Source: SAR86 cluster bacterium AG-313-D11 (GTDB lineage: Bacteria > Pseudomonadota > Gammaproteobacteria > Magnimaribacterales > D2472). Taken from it: DNA of 64,000 nucleotides. The position numbers and the translations under genes were made by a program. Location: NCBI GenBank assembly GCA_003284215.1, contig QBVW01000001.1:150127-214126 (forward strand). The letters run 5' to 3'. Each line of letters starts with the position of its first letter. Position 1 is the first letter of the stretch. This document shows, in pieces, positions 41,227 to 52,656 of the stretch. The notes beneath the pieces are model-generated. The model was given only the letters and a program-made list of their open reading frames with translations. It was not told the origin of the DNA and searched no databases.

Positions 41227-41769
41227 ATGGAAAATTCAGAAACAAATAATTCTTTGGGATTAAATACTCTTACCAGCACTGGCACGACAAAAAATAGAAA
41301 GCGTGTAGGAAGAGGTATTGGGTCTGGAACAGGTAAGACAGCAGGTAGAGGTCACAAAGGTCAAAAATCTAGATCAGGCGGGTCTATTGCCAGAGGTTTT
41401 GAAGGTGGTCAAATGCCCTTACAGCAAAGAATCCCTAAGTTTGGTTTTTCTTCAAGAGTAAATAGAAGTTTAAAAGAGGTTAACCTCAAAAATATTGCTT
41501 CCATGTCTGAAGTTAATATTGATACTTTAAAAGCTAAAAGAATTATTTCTCAATCAACTAAAAAAGTAAAAATTTTTGGTATCTGTGAGATTGCTCAGCC
41601 GATGGTTGTTACTGGAATTCTTGTAACTAAAGGTGCTCAGAAATCTATAGAAAAAGCTGGCGGAACAGTTGCATCGATTGAAGCAAAGCCAATTAAAGAA
41701 AAATTTATTAAAACTTCAAAAAAAACAGATACAAAAACTTCTAAGGCTAAAGAGGATTCTGCTGAGTAA
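41227..41769 (+). CDS. rplO: 50S ribosomal protein L15 (180 aa as drawn; possible internal TTG start at 41254; Lys-rich C-terminal extension)
   Basis: ...RVGRGIGSGTGKTAGRGHKGQKSRSGG..., FEGGQMPL; ~30 extra K/T/S-rich residues at the C-terminus compared with E. coli L15. Confidence 0.93.
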   Translation: MENSETNNSLGLNTLTSTGTTKNRKRVGRGIGSGTGKTAGRGHKGQKSRSGGSIARGFEGGQMPLQQRIPKFGFSSRVNRSLKEVNLKNIASMSEVNIDTLKAKRIISQSTKKVKIFGICEIAQPMVVTGILVTKGAQKSIEKAGGTVASIEAKPIKEKFIKTSKKTDTKTSKAKEDSAE

Positions 41770-41774
41770 TTTAT

Positions 41775-43070
41775 ATGGCTGATCAAAATAAAGGAATGAG
41801 CGATTTATGGAGAAGGCTAAGGTTTGTCTTCATGGCCATTGTTGTTTATAGATTAGGGACTCATATTCCTATTCCAGGAATTGACCCTGCAAGACTAGCT
41901 GCTTTATTTGATCAAAATCAAGGAACCATTCTTGAGATGTTTAATTTGTTCTCAGGTGGCGCATTAGAAAGGATGAGTATATTCGCGCTAAATGTTGTTC
42001 CATATATCTCATCTGCAATTATTATGCAGTTATTTTCAAACTCCATCCCGTACTTACAAGAGCTAAAAAAAGATGGCCAAGCTGGTAGAAATCAAATTAC
42101 TCAATATACAAGGTATGGGACTGTTGTATTAGCCTTTATTCAAGCTTCAGCATTAGCAGTAACGCTTGGAGCAAGCGGTCTTGCATATGAGCCTGGAACC
42201 TCTTTTTTCATTTCGGCAGTCTTTAGTGTCGTTGCAGGAACAATTTTTTTAATGTGGCTTGGAGAACTAATTTCTGAACGTGGAATTGGAAATGGAATAT
42301 CAATCATTATTGCTACAAGTATTTTGACTGGAATTCCTGGGGCAATTGGTCAGGCATTAGAACAAGCTCGCCAAGGTGATCTAAATATATTATTGCTTAT
42401 TGGCATCGGTGTTATAGCAATGTTAGTTATAGCTGTCGTAGTATTTATTGAAAGAGGGCAAAGACGCATCACAGTTAATTATGCGCAAAGACAGCAAGGC
42501 AGAAAATTAATGCAAGCTCAAGCTAGTCACTTACCTTTTAAAGTTAATATGGCTGGTGTAATTCCAGCTATTTTTGCTAGCACATTTTTACTTTTTCCTG
42601 CTTCACTCTCTACATGGTTTGGGCAAGCTGAATCTTTTGGTTTTTTGCAAACAATCTCTTTAGCACTTAACCCAGGACAGCCTTTATATATACTTACTTT
42701 TTCAGCTCTTATTATTTCATTTTGTTTTATATGGCTTGCTTTAACTTTTGATACAAAAGAAGTAACAGATAATCTTAAAAAATCGGGAGGATTTGTTCCT
42801 GGAATCAGGCCGGGAGAGCAAACAGCTGCCTACGTTGACAGTGTTTTAGCAAGATTAACTGTATTTGGCAGTATATATTTGACGCTAATATGCTTGCTTC
42901 CTTTGGCTTTAATAAATTTTGCTGGAGTATCATTTTACTTAGGTGGAACTTCTGTATTAATTATTGTTGTTGTATTGATGGACTTTATGTCTCAAGTTCA
43001 GTCTCACATGATGTCAAATCAATACTCCTCTCTACTAAAAAAAGCTAATTTAAAAAACTATAAAAGATAA
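41775..43070 (+). CDS. secY: Preprotein translocase subunit SecY
   Basis: 431 aa, about ten hydrophobic segments; ...[10 protein letters not shown]...; conserved position after rplO. Confidence 0.97.
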   Translation: MADQNKGMSDLWRRLRFVFMAIVVYRLGTHIPIPGIDPARLAALFDQNQGTILEMFNLFSGGALERMSIFALNVVPYISSAIIMQLFSNSIPYLQELKKDGQAGRNQITQYTRYGTVVLAFIQASALAVTLGASGLAYEPGTSFFISAVFSVVAGTIFLMWLGELISERGIGNGISIIIATSILTGIPGAIGQALEQARQGDLNILLLIGIGVIAMLVIAVVVFIERGQRRITVNYAQRQQGRKLMQAQASHLPFKVNMAGVIPAIFASTFLLFPASLSTWFGQAESFGFLQTISLALNPGQPLYILTFSALIISFCFIWLALTFDTKEVTDNLKKSGGFVPGIRPGEQTAAYVDSVLARLTVFGSIYLTLICLLPLALINFAGVSFYLGGTSVLIIVVVLMDFMSQVQSHMMSNQYSSLLKKANLKNYKR

Positions 43071-43072
43071 TT

Positions 43073-43189
43073 ATGAAAGTAAGAGCATCAGTTAAAAAGA
43101 TTTGTAGAAATTGTAAAACAGTTAGGCGTAAAGGAGTTTTGTATGTGATTTGCAAAACTGATCCTAAACATAAACAAAAGCAAGGTTAA
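43073..43189 (+). CDS. rpmJ: 50S ribosomal protein L36 (38 aa); not in the supplied ORF track
   Basis: [38 protein letters not shown] translated by eye; zinc-ribbon C-x2-C...C...H; canonical site after secY. Confidence 0.95.
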   Translation: MKVRASVKKICRNCKTVRRKGVLYVICKTDPKHKQKQG

Positions 43190-43194
43190 AAAAT

Positions 43195-43551
43195 ATGGCT
43201 AGAATCGCAGGCGTAAACGTACCAGAAAATAAGCATCTTGAGATTGCTCTTACACACATATATGGAATTGGTAAGAAAACTGCTCAGGATATTTGTATCA
43301 GTGTGAAATTAGATTATTCGAAGAAGATTTCTGATCTCTCAGAAGAACAAGTTGAGAAAATTAGAACAGCAGTTGCAGAATATACTGTTGAGGGTGATCT
43401 TAGACGATCAGTCAGCACAAATATTAAAAGATTAATGGACCTAGGTTGTTATAGAGGAATAAGGCACAGACGAAAGCTTCCTGTCCATGGACAAAGAACA
43501 AAAACTAACGCAAGGACTCGCAAGGGCCCTAAAAAACCAATGAGGGCATAA
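43195..43551 (+). CDS. rpsM: 30S ribosomal protein S13
   Basis: 118 aa; [10 protein letters not shown]... Confidence 0.97.
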   Translation: MARIAGVNVPENKHLEIALTHIYGIGKKTAQDICISVKLDYSKKISDLSEEQVEKIRTAVAEYTVEGDLRRSVSTNIKRLMDLGCYRGIRHRRKLPVHGQRTKTNARTRKGPKKPMRA

Positions 43552-43554
43552 TCG

Positions 43555-43929
43555 ATGGCTACTGGAAAGAAAGTTAAAAAAGTAATTTCAGATGGCATTG
43601 CTCATATACATGCCTCTTTTAATAACACAATTATTACCATTACCGATAAGCAAGGTAATGCTGTTTGTTGGGCTACATCAGGCGGTTCTGGTTTTCGTGG
43701 CTCAAGAAAAAGTACTCCCTTTGCGGCTCAGATAGCAGCTGAAAAAGCAGGAAATGCAGCAAAAGAGTTTGGCATGATCAACTTAGATGTAAAAGTTCGA
43801 GGTCCAGGAGGCGGAAGAGAGTCTGCAATTAGATCATTGAATTCATGCGGTTTAAAAATTAAAAGTATTACGGATGTCACCCCATTGCCTCACAATGGAT
43901 GCCGTCCTTCTAAGAAACGTAGGGTATAG
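43555..43929 (+). CDS. rpsK: 30S ribosomal protein S11
   Basis: 124 aa; ...[20 protein letters not shown]...W.SGG..GF+GSRKSTP.AAQ... Confidence 0.97.
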   Translation: MATGKKVKKVISDGIAHIHASFNNTIITITDKQGNAVCWATSGGSGFRGSRKSTPFAAQIAAEKAGNAAKEFGMINLDVKVRGPGGGRESAIRSLNSCGLKIKSITDVTPLPHNGCRPSKKRRV

Positions 43930-43938
43930 GAGAGTTAA

Positions 43939-44559
43939 ATGGCAAGATATAGAGGTCCATCATTAAGATTATCAAGAAGAGAAGGCACAGACCTTTATCT
44001 GAAAAGTGGCGCAAGAGCCATTGAATCAAAATGTAATATGGAAACGGCACCAGGTGTTCATGGTCTCAGACGTGGCAGACTATCAGACTATGGTGTTCAG
44101 CTTCGTGAAAAGCAAAAGGTTAGAAGAATGTATGGTGTTCTAGAGAAGCAGTTTAGAAATTATTATAAAAAAGCTTCAAAATCAAAAGGTAATACAGGTG
44201 AGAATCTTTTAAGCTATCTTGAGCAAAGATTAGATAATGTTGTATATCGAATGGGGTTTGCATCAACCCGAGCAGAAGCTCGACAACTTGTATCTCATAA
44301 AGCTTTTCATTTAAATGGTGCCATGGTCAATATCCCTTCGTATCAAGTTCAACCCGGTGATGAGCTTGAGGTAAGAGAGAAATCTAAAACACAATTAAGA
44401 ATTAAGAGCGCATTAGATTTGTCCAATCAAAGAGAAGCCTGTGAGTGGCTTGAAGTAGATTCTAAAACTCTCAAGGGTGTATTCAAATCTGTTCCTGATA
44501 GAACTGATTTAAGTGCTGAAATTAATGAAAATCTCATTGTTGAGCTTTATTCAAAATAA
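43939..44559 (+). CDS. rpsD: 30S ribosomal protein S4
   Basis: 206 aa; [19 protein letters not shown]... Confidence 0.97.
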   Translation: MARYRGPSLRLSRREGTDLYLKSGARAIESKCNMETAPGVHGLRRGRLSDYGVQLREKQKVRRMYGVLEKQFRNYYKKASKSKGNTGENLLSYLEQRLDNVVYRMGFASTRAEARQLVSHKAFHLNGAMVNIPSYQVQPGDELEVREKSKTQLRIKSALDLSNQREACEWLEVDSKTLKGVFKSVPDRTDLSAEINENLIVELYSK

Positions 44560-44590
44560 TTATTTATAAACATAAAAACGGAAGGAAATT

Positions 44591-45556
44591 ATGGAAACAT
44601 CAGTAATAGATCTTTTAGTCCCAACTGACATACAGGTTGACGATCAAGATAACAATACATCTAAAATTACTTTAGAGCCATTGGAGAGAGGTTTTGGTCA
44701 TACTCTGGGCAATGCATTAAGAAGAATACTTTTATCTTCTATGCCTGGTGCAGCTATAACAGATGTCACAATCGATGGCATTTCTCATGAATACTCTACA
44801 ATAGAAGGTGTAAGGGAAGATGTAATTGATATTCTATTGAATCTCAAAGACATGCCTATTAGCCTAATTGAGGGCACTAGTGCAGTAATTAAATTAGATG
44901 TTTCAGGTCCTTGTGAGGTGACTTCTAACTCATTTGAAGTTCCTGGTAATGTCGAGTTACCTGATGATGAACATCATGTGGCTTCATTGATAGATAAGGT
45001 TAGCTTATCTCTTTCAGCAACAGTAAAAACAGGAAGAGGGTATGAGCCAGCCGACGCAAGAAATGAAGAAGAAACCTCAGTCGGTGCGCTAAAAGTCGAT
45101 GCCTCTTTCAGTCCGGTGAGAAGAGTTGCTTATAATGTAGAAAATGCTCGTTTTGAAAAAAGAACTGATCTAGATAAGTTAATTGTTGAATTGGAAACAG
45201 ATGGCACGCTTGATCCCAAGAAGGCAATAGAACATGCTGCAACTATAATGCAGCAACAGCTAGCAGCGTTTGTAGACCTTGATGCAATAGCTGAACAAGA
45301 AGCGAAAAAAGATCAGAATGATTTCGATCCATTCTTGATGAGATCAATAGAAGAGCTAGAACTAACAGTTCGCTCTACTAACTGTCTTAAGGCTGAAAGC
45401 ATATTCTTAATCGGAGACCTTCTTCAAAGAACTGAATTTGATCTATTGAAAACTCCTAATTTAGGTAAAAAATCTTTAAATGAAATAAAGGATGTTCTTG
45501 CATCTAGAGGCTTTTCTCTTGGCACAACATTAGAAAATTGGCCACCAATGGGTTAA
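44591..45556 (+). CDS. rpoA: DNA-directed RNA polymerase subunit alpha
   Basis: 321 aa; ...[23 protein letters not shown]...; C-terminal domain [20 protein letters not shown]. Confidence 0.97.
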   Translation: METSVIDLLVPTDIQVDDQDNNTSKITLEPLERGFGHTLGNALRRILLSSMPGAAITDVTIDGISHEYSTIEGVREDVIDILLNLKDMPISLIEGTSAVIKLDVSGPCEVTSNSFEVPGNVELPDDEHHVASLIDKVSLSLSATVKTGRGYEPADARNEEETSVGALKVDASFSPVRRVAYNVENARFEKRTDLDKLIVELETDGTLDPKKAIEHAATIMQQQLAAFVDLDAIAEQEAKKDQNDFDPFLMRSIEELELTVRSTNCLKAESIFLIGDLLQRTEFDLLKTPNLGKKSLNEIKDVLASRGFSLGTTLENWPPMG

Positions 45557-45560
45557 AAAA

Positions 45561-45977
45561 ATGAGACATAGAAAATCAGGTAGAAAATTAAATAGGAACT
45601 CATCTCATCGCAAAGCTTTGATGAAAAATCTTGCTATCGCATTTATCGAAAGAGAGCTTATAAAAACAACAGTTCCAAAAGCTAAGGAGTTAAGATCTTT
45701 TGTAGAGCCTTTGATAACAATGGCTAAAGACGACTCTGTGGCGAATCGAAGACGAGCATTTAATAAGCTAAGGTTAGATTCTGCTGTTAATAAACTCTTT
45801 ACTGAAATTGCTATTAAGTCAAAAGATAGGCCAGGTGGTTATTTAAGAATTATCAAGGCTGGTTTTAGGCCAGGAGATAAAGCTGATATGGCTTATGTTG
45901 AATGGGTTGACAGGGATTTAGATGGCACAACAGAAATAGCCGAGCCAGAGCTTAAAGAAGGCTCTTCTGCAGCTTAG
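45561..45977 (+). CDS. rplQ: 50S ribosomal protein L17
   Basis: 138 aa; [24 protein letters not shown]... Confidence 0.97.
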   Translation: MRHRKSGRKLNRNSSHRKALMKNLAIAFIERELIKTTVPKAKELRSFVEPLITMAKDDSVANRRRAFNKLRLDSAVNKLFTEIAIKSKDRPGGYLRIIKAGFRPGDKADMAYVEWVDRDLDGTTEIAEPELKEGSSAA

Positions 45978-48796
45978 TTTTTTAAGACCTCTTTTAGGTA
46001 TTGACCCGTATAAGACTTTTTAGACTGTGCAACTTTGCTGGGAGGCCCTTCAGCTATAATCAATCCTCCATCACTTCCTCCTTCAGGACCAAGATCTATG
46101 ATCCAATCACTTGACTTGATTACATCTAAATTGTGCTCAATCACTACTACTGTATTACCCTGATCAGAAAGTCTTTTTAGAACACCCAGAAGCAATTCAA
46201 TATCATAGAAGTGAAGACCTGTCGTTGGTTCATCTAGAATAAATAACGTTTTACCAGTACTTCTTTTTGAAAGCTCTTTAGCAAGCTTAATTCTTTGTGC
46301 TTCTCCTCCAGACAATGTAGTGGCAGATTGTCCCAGCGTTATGTAAGTAAGGCCTACGTCTGCCAAAGTTTGAAGTTTGTTTTTAATTGCCGGAATTGCT
46401 TGGAAGAATTCAAGCGCTTCTTCAACAGTCATGCTTAAAACCTCAGCAATATTCTTTCCTTTATATTTAACCTCAAGAGTTTGCTCGTTATATCTCTTGC
46501 CTTGGCAATTATCACACTTGACATAGATATCTGCTAGAAAGTGCATCTCAACTTTTATCATTCCATCACCTTGGCATGCCTCACATCTTCCACCTTTAAC
46601 ATTAAAGCTAAATCGACCTGGTTTATAACCCCTGGTTCTTGCTTCTTCAGATTGAGAAAATAAATCTCTAATATGTGAGAAGAGCCCTGTATAGGTTGCT
46701 GGATTAGATCTTGGGGTACGACCGATAGGAGATTGATCTATACCAATCACCTTATCTAAATGCTCTAAACCTTTAATTTGTTTACATTTAATTTCTTTAT
46801 TGAGATTAGCTTTATTAAGTAAAAAACTACTCATTGGCATTAAGGTTTGATTTATCAACGACGATTTACCCGAACCTGAAACGCCAGTAATACAAGTAAA
46901 CACTCCTACAGGAATTTTTACAGTTACATGCTGTAAGTTATTCTCGTATGCTTCAACTATCTCAATAAATTGATCGGGCTTCTTCGCGCTTTTAGGAAAA
47001 TCAATTTTTCTTTTTCCAGAAAGATAGGCAGCAGTCATAGATTCTTTGCTTTCCAAGATATCTATTAGTTTTCCCTGAGCACAGATTTCTCCACCATGCT
47101 TTCCAGCACCAGGACCAATATCGATAATATGATCAGCACATCTAATTGCTTCCTCATCATGCTCAACCACTATGACTGTATTTCCAAGACTTTTTAGGTG
47201 GTAAAGAGTTTTAATAAGTCTCTCATTATCTCTTTGGTGCAGACCGATTGAAGGTTCATCAAGAACATAGGTTACACCTACTAGACCAGAGCCAATTTGA
47301 CTTGCCAATCTGATTCTTTGGGCTTCTCCACCAGAGAGAGTTCCCGCTCCTCTGTCTAAAGTTAAATAATTGAGACCAACATCTTCAAGAAATGTAAGAC
47401 GTTCTTTAATTTCTTTCAAAATCTTTTCAGCAATTGTTGCTTTAGCACCATCAAGTTGAATATTATGAAAGAAAGATAATGCATCTGATATTTTTTGATT
47501 TGTAATATTCTGAATAGGAGTTTCATTTATAAAAATATTTCTTGATTCTTTTTTCAGCCTAGAGCCTGTGCACGCGTCACAATGACTATCTGAAAGCATC
47601 TTTGCTAGCTCATTTCTAATAAACTCTGAATCTGTTTCTTTAAACCTTCTTTCAGTATTAGGAATGATCCCTTCAAAACGATGTTGCCGGACTATTTTGC
47701 TTCCACTCCTAAAACTCTTAGAGAAGTTAATTTTATCCTTTGATCCCCATAAGAGAATATTTTGGATTTCTTCAGAGTAGGATGTCCATGGCGTATCCAA
47801 ATCAAAATCATAATGTTTAGCCAAACACTTTAGTTGATGAAAATAAAATCTATTTCTTCTGTTCCACCCTTTTATGGCACCTTCATTAAGAGTTGCAGAA
47901 TCATCCGAGACTAATTTCTTTTGATCAAAGTACTGAATTACTCCCAATCCATCACATTTTTCACAGGCCCCAAAAGGATTATTAAAAGAGAACATTCTAG
48001 GCTCCAAATCACTCACTGAATAACCGCACTGAGAGCAAGAAAAATTTGAAGAAAAAAGGAGCACCTCTGATTCTTCATCAAGAACCTCTATTTGAATTAG
48101 ACCTTCAGATAAAGCGAGAGCAGTATCAATAGATTCAGATAATCTAGATCGGTTGTCATCATCTTTTTGTAATTTCAACCTATCAACAATAGCTGAAATG
48201 TCATGTTTTTGATTTTTATTTAATGCTGGAAATTCATCTAAGGGATAAACAACATCGTTAATTTTTACTCTGACGAACCCTTCAGCTTTAAGGTCTTCAT
48301 AAACACCAAGGTGCTCTCCCTTTTTTCCTCTTATAACAGGAGCCATAACCATAATTTTTTTATCATAACCAAGTGCATATATCTCATCACATATCTCACT
48401 AACTGTTTTGGCGGAGAGTTCCTCGTGATGATCTGGACAAATTGGAATTCCAATTCTTGCATACAACAACCTGAGATAATCATATATTTCTGTAACAGTC
48501 CCAACGGTTGATCGGGGATTATGAGAAGTAGATTTTTGTTCAATAGATATTGCAGGAGACAGCCCGTCAATTTGATCTACATCTGGCTTTTCCATCATAG
48601 ATAAAAATTGTCTTGCATATGCTGAAAGAGATTCTACATAGCGTCTTTGGCCTTCGGCATAAATAGTATCAAATGCTAAAGATGACTTTCCAGAGCCTGA
48701 TAATCCAGTGATAACTATTAATTCCCCTCGAGGTATATCTAAAGAGATATTTTTAAGATTATGCGTTCGGGCACCTTTTATAGAAATTTTTTCCAT
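45974..48796 (-). CDS. uvrA: Excinuclease ABC subunit A
   Basis: 940 aa; [44 protein letters not shown]..., second Walker [11 protein letters not shown], CxxC zinc modules. Confidence 0.98.
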   Translation of the reverse strand: MEKISIKGARTHNLKNISLDIPRGELIVITGLSGSGKSSLAFDTIYAEGQRRYVESLSAYARQFLSMMEKPDVDQIDGLSPAISIEQKSTSHNPRSTVGTVTEIYDYLRLLYARIGIPICPDHHEELSAKTVSEICDEIYALGYDKKIMVMAPVIRGKKGEHLGVYEDLKAEGFVRVKINDVVYPLDEFPALNKNQKHDISAIVDRLKLQKDDDNRSRLSESIDTALALSEGLIQIEVLDEESEVLLFSSNFSCSQCGYSVSDLEPRMFSFNNPFGACEKCDGLGVIQYFDQKKLVSDDSATLNEGAIKGWNRRNRFYFHQLKCLAKHYDFDLDTPWTSYSEEIQNILLWGSKDKINFSKSFRSGSKIVRQHRFEGIIPNTERRFKETDSEFIRNELAKMLSDSHCDACTGSRLKKESRNIFINETPIQNITNQKISDALSFFHNIQLDGAKATIAEKILKEIKERLTFLEDVGLNYLTLDRGAGTLSGGEAQRIRLASQIGSGLVGVTYVLDEPSIGLHQRDNERLIKTLYHLKSLGNTVIVVEHDEEAIRCADHIIDIGPGAGKHGGEICAQGKLIDILESKESMTAAYLSGKRKIDFPKSAKKPDQFIEIVEAYENNLQHVTVKIPVGVFTCITGVSGSGKSSLINQTLMPMSSFLLNKANLNKEIKCKQIKGLEHLDKVIGIDQSPIGRTPRSNPATYTGLFSHIRDLFSQSEEARTRGYKPGRFSFNVKGGRCEACQGDGMIKVEMHFLADIYVKCDNCQGKRYNEQTLEVKYKGKNIAEVLSMTVEEALEFFQAIPAIKNKLQTLADVGLTYITLGQSATTLSGGEAQRIKLAKELSKRSTGKTLFILDEPTTGLHFYDIELLLGVLKRLSDQGNTVVVIEHNLDVIKSSDWIIDLGPEGGSDGGLIIAEGPPSKVAQSKKSYTGQYLKEVLKN

Positions 48797-48863
48797 TTAT
48801 TTGCAGAATTTTTATCCAGCTGATTTGTTTCGAGTTAAACTTAAGTAATTATAAGAGGTAATT

Positions 48864-49301
48864 ATGGCTAGAGGAGTAAATAAAGTAATTTTGGTAGGTA
48901 ATTTAGGGCAAAAACCTGAAATGCGATATACCCAAACAAACACAGCGGTCGCTACACTTTCAATTGCGACCTCAGAATCATGGAAAGATAAAGATTCTGG
49001 AGAGCAAAGAGAAAAAACAGAATGGCACAGAGTTGTCTTTTTTGGAAAACTTGCAGAAATTGCTGAACAATATCTTGATAAAGGTTCCCAACTTTATGTT
49101 GAAGGGAAGTTGCAAACTAGAAAATGGCAAGATAAAGAGGGGAATGATAAATACACGACAGAAATACTTGGCAATGAGATGAACATGCTAGGTGGTAGGC
49201 AATCTTCTGGTGATGGAGGTGCTTACGATCAATCACAACCAGCCTCTCAATCAGCCCCATCCCAAGCATCTCAAATCTCAGAGGAAGATATACCTTTCTA
49301 G
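48864..49301 (+). CDS. ssb: Single-stranded DNA-binding protein
   Basis: [20 protein letters not shown]; Gly/Gln/Ser-rich tail ending EEDIPF; divergent from uvrA as in E. coli. Confidence 0.96.
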   Translation: MARGVNKVILVGNLGQKPEMRYTQTNTAVATLSIATSESWKDKDSGEQREKTEWHRVVFFGKLAEIAEQYLDKGSQLYVEGKLQTRKWQDKEGNDKYTTEILGNEMNMLGGRQSSGDGGAYDQSQPASQSAPSQASQISEEDIPF

Positions 49302-49307
49302 ATTTCG

Positions 49308-50165
49308 GTGACTTTCAAAACAATTACAATAGAACAGCATGAAAATCTTGCTGTTCTTTTATTGAATCGACCAGAAAAATTAAACGCTTTTACATTTCTG
49401 ATGATGGAAGAGATGATAAGCGCCTTGGATACTATAGAAGCAGACGATAGTTTAAAAGCAGTAATTATTTCTGGAGCAGGCAGAGCTTTTTGTGCCGGTG
49501 CTGATCTCAGCAGTGGAAAAGATACATTCAATCCATCTTTTGATAATTTTGCAGTTAAAGAGGATGATTTTAGGCGAGATTCAGGCGGCATTCTTACCTT
49601 ACGAATGTATAAATTTTTAAAACCTATTATATTTGCTTGTAATGGTCCTGCTGTTGGCATTGGAGCATCCATGCAACTACCTGGCGATATTCGAATCGCA
49701 TCTGAAGATGCAAGGTTTGGATTTGTATTCAATAATAGAGGGATAGTCCCTGATGCATGTAGCAGTTGGTTTCTTCCAAAAATTGTGGGCATTTCTAAAG
49801 CTTTAGACTTAACATTTTCTGGAAGAATTATCGAATCTAAGGAAGCTTTGGAAATCTCATTAATCTCAAGTATTCACAAACCAGAAAATCTCATTGATGA
49901 CGCAATAAAAATTGCCCAAGAACTTATAGAAAAATCTGCACCGATCTCTATAGCCATCACTAGACAAATGCTTTGGAGGTCATTTGGTCAAAGTGATCCT
50001 TATGATGCCCATGTAATAGAGAGCAAGGCCATTGATTCTAGGGGAGCATCAGATGATGCTAAAGAGGGAGTAAATTCATTTTTGGAAAAGCGTCCAGCAA
50101 AATTTAAAAATTTGATATCGTCAGATATGCCTGACTTTTTTCCATGGTGGGACGATAAGGAATAA
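49308..50165 (+). CDS. Enoyl-CoA hydratase/isomerase (crotonase) family protein
   Basis: GTG start; VIISGAGRAFCAGADLS oxyanion-hole motif; 285 aa. Confidence 0.85.
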   Translation: MTFKTITIEQHENLAVLLLNRPEKLNAFTFLMMEEMISALDTIEADDSLKAVIISGAGRAFCAGADLSSGKDTFNPSFDNFAVKEDDFRRDSGGILTLRMYKFLKPIIFACNGPAVGIGASMQLPGDIRIASEDARFGFVFNNRGIVPDACSSWFLPKIVGISKALDLTFSGRIIESKEALEISLISSIHKPENLIDDAIKIAQELIEKSAPISIAITRQMLWRSFGQSDPYDAHVIESKAIDSRGASDDAKEGVNSFLEKRPAKFKNLISSDMPDFFPWWDDKE

Positions 50166-50167
50166 TA

Positions 50168-50506
50168 ATGGATGATTTAACTTGGAAGGAGTTTGAGAGA
50201 GTGGATATGCGTGTTGGGACTATTCTATATGCAGAAGAATTCAAAGAGGCAATCAAGCCTGCGATAAAAATGACTATAGATTTTGGAGAGGAGATAGGTA
50301 TTAAAAAATCATCTGCTCAAATTACTGATCATTATAATCCCCAGTCTTTAGTAGGCATGCAAGTTGCAGCAGTCATTAATTTTCCTAAAAAACAGATTGG
50401 GCCATTTATGTCAGAGTGTCTTGTAACGGGATTTACCCAATCTGATGGAAGTATTATTTTAGCTGTTCCCCAAAAAGGAGCTATTAATGGGTCTCGATTA
50501 GCTTAA
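50168..50506 (+). CDS. tRNA-binding (EMAP/CsaA-like) domain protein
   Basis: 112 aa; F..VD+RVG.I..AE.F.EA.KPA.K..IDFGEE.G.+.SSAQIT pattern of CsaA/YgjH. Confidence 0.8.
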   Translation: MDDLTWKEFERVDMRVGTILYAEEFKEAIKPAIKMTIDFGEEIGIKKSSAQITDHYNPQSLVGMQVAAVINFPKKQIGPFMSECLVTGFTQSDGSIILAVPQKGAINGSRLA

Positions 50507-50914
50507 GAAAAAGATAATTTCTTTTGTGATCATTAGGACCAAACACAATCCCGATGCTATAAAAACTATCGCTCTATATGAAACATTATTTGAAGTGATT
50601 TGAATAATTGAGTGAACGATGCGCAGAACAGCATAAGACCATGCAAGATATACATGCATAAGATCTATATGATTCATTAAAAAAATATAGGTAACCAAAG
50701 CATAAAAAAGCGTTGGCTGCTCAAATAAATGATTGTAATTATCTGTGATGTTTCTTCCAAGGTCTGGTAGATTGGGTCTTAAATCATCAGAATGCTTGGC
50801 AGCCTGTAAGTTTCCAAAATGTTTTAGAATAGAAGGCACTCTAGTACCAGCCATGATTAAAAATAGAACCCCTGAGAGTAAGATCACAACGAACATTGGG
50901 TATAAGATTTCCAT
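50498..50914 (-). CDS. MAPEG-family membrane protein (138 aa)
   Basis: Four hydrophobic segments and an R..N..E....F-type loop (RNITDNYNHLFEQPTLFY). Family call is from memory. Confidence 0.6.
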   Translation of the reverse strand: MEILYPMFVVILLSGVLFLIMAGTRVPSILKHFGNLQAAKHSDDLRPNLPDLGRNITDNYNHLFEQPTLFYALVTYIFLMNHIDLMHVYLAWSYAVLRIVHSIIQITSNNVSYRAIVFIASGLCLVLMITKEIIFFLS

Positions 50915-50926
50915 ATAGCTTCCTCT

Positions 50927-52135
50927 TTATGACTTGCTAAAAATTAAACTTGCATTGGTTCCACCAAAACCAAATGAATTACTCATTACAGCATTTAATT
51001 TTTGCTCTATGGTTGATTGACAAATATTCAACCCTTCTGCTTCCTCAACCAAGCTATCTATATTGATCGATGGAGCAATAAAATCATTTTGCATCATTAA
51101 GATAGAATAAATTGCCTCCTGGGCTCCAGTTGCTCCTAAGGAGTGGCCAGTCATTGATTTTGTAGATCCAATCACTGGAGCATTTTTACCAAACACTGCT
51201 TTTACTGCACTCAGTTCAGCAAGATCTCCAACAGGAGTACTTGTGCCATGAGCATTAATATAATCCACATCAGATCCATAAGCTTCAAGTGCTTCACTCA
51301 TGCATCTCACAGCACCTTCGCCTGATGGAGATACCATGTCATAGCCGTCAGAGTTTGCACAATAACCTTTTAGCCTTGCAATGATAGGTGCATTTCTTTT
51401 GATGGCATGTTCTTCTTCTTCAAGAATTAACATACCTGCACCACCAGCAATTACAAATCCATCTCTATCGATATCAAATGGCCTTGAGGCTTTTTCAGGC
51501 ATATCATTGTATTGAGAGGAAAGGGCACCCATAGCATCAAACATGGAAGATGAAGTCCAGTGTTCTTGTTCTGCGCCCCCTGCAATAATAATATCTTGTT
51601 TGCCTAATTGAATAAGTTCTGCTCCATGGCCGATGCAATGAGCGCTAGTTGAGCAAGCAGATGAAATAGAGTAATTCACTCCTTTCAGCTTAAGTGTAGT
51701 GCCCAAGATAGCTGAAACAGTACTACCCATTGTTTTTGTAACAGCGTAGGGCCCGATTCTTTTAGGCCCTCGCTCTCTTGCAGTATCTGATGCCTCTATT
51801 TGAGCTGCTGAAGATGCACCACCAGATCCCGCCACTATGCCAATTCTAGAGGTATCCATTTCCTCAAGTTCCAAGGATGCATTCAAAAGAGCTTCTTGAG
51901 CAGCAATATATCCAAATCCTGAAGCCTCACTCATAAAACGAAGAGTCTTTCTGTCAATTAATTCAGCTAAATCAAGGTTAATTGACCCAGAAACATGGCT
52001 TCTAAAACCCATATCTGAATATGTGGAGTTTTTCGAAATGCCTGACTTTCCTTTTTTAAGACTATTTAATACTTCTTGAGTATCTGAACCTATGCAAGAG
52101 ACAACACCTATGCCAGTTACAACCACATTTTTCAT
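50927..52135 (-). CDS. fabB: 3-oxoacyl-ACP synthase I
   Basis: 402 aa KAS with active-site ...[10 protein letters not shown]..., HGTSTP, GHSLGA; directly downstream of fabA. Confidence 0.9.
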   Translation of the reverse strand: MKNVVVTGIGVVSCIGSDTQEVLNSLKKGKSGISKNSTYSDMGFRSHVSGSINLDLAELIDRKTLRFMSEASGFGYIAAQEALLNASLELEEMDTSRIGIVAGSGGASSAAQIEASDTARERGPKRIGPYAVTKTMGSTVSAILGTTLKLKGVNYSISSACSTSAHCIGHGAELIQLGKQDIIIAGGAEQEHWTSSSMFDAMGALSSQYNDMPEKASRPFDIDRDGFVIAGGAGMLILEEEEHAIKRNAPIIARLKGYCANSDGYDMVSPSGEGAVRCMSEALEAYGSDVDYINAHGTSTPVGDLAELSAVKAVFGKNAPVIGSTKSMTGHSLGATGAQEAIYSILMMQNDFIAPSINIDSLVEEAEGLNICQSTIEQKLNAVMSNSFGFGGTNASLIFSKS

Positions 52136-52656
52136 CAGAATTCGCTTGTATCCTTAAATAGTCCTACTCTTAAACCATCTGCAGAATAAACGTGACGATC
52201 ATCTACAAACATATTCCCATCAGCAAAGCCAACCACTGCTCCTCTGTTAACCACTCGTTTTATATCAATTTCATACCTAACAATTTTTGCACTAGGGGTC
52301 ACTTGACCAAAAAACTTTACTTTATCTGAGCCTAATGCTCTTCCATAACCAGGTAATTCGAGCCAGCAAAGATAAAATCCCAATAATTGCCACATAGCAT
52401 CCAAGCCAAGACATCCTGGCATTACTGGATCAGATTTAAAATGTACTTTGAAAAACCATAAACTGTCTTCAATATTTAGATTGGCAATAATTTTTCCTTT
52501 GGAGTATTTACCTGAAGTTTTGTCAATTTGATCAATCGAGTCGAACATAAGCATTTCGTCAGCTGGTAATCGCCCATTACTTGGACCAAATAGATCACCA
52601 TTTCCGCATGCCACTAAATCATCTTTTGAGTAACTTGAGGCAGGTATAAATGTCAT
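52135..52656 (-). CDS. fabA: 3-hydroxydecanoyl-ACP dehydratase/isomerase
   Basis: 173 aa; ...[22 protein letters not shown]... FabA signature. Confidence 0.93.
   Translation of the reverse strand: MTFIPASSYSKDDLVACGNGDLFGPSNGRLPADEMLMFDSIDQIDKTSGKYSKGKIIANLNIEDSLWFFKVHFKSDPVMPGCLGLDAMWQLLGFYLCWLELPGYGRALGSDKVKFFGQVTPSAKIVRYEIDIKRVVNRGAVVGFADGNMFVDDRHVYSADGLRVGLFKDTSEF

Noticed and set aside
48797-48863. I looked for a LexA/SOS box (CTGT-N8-ACAG) in the divergent uvrA-ssb promoter region.
   Set aside because: Only CTGATTTGTTTCGAG is present, with no ACAG half-site. I cannot claim an SOS operator. Its absence may simply reflect lineage differences.
49298-49792. 164-aa minus-strand ORF.
   Set aside because: It is antisense to the crotonase gene, which has a clear active-site motif. 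Its Ser/Pro/Ala-rich composition is junk.
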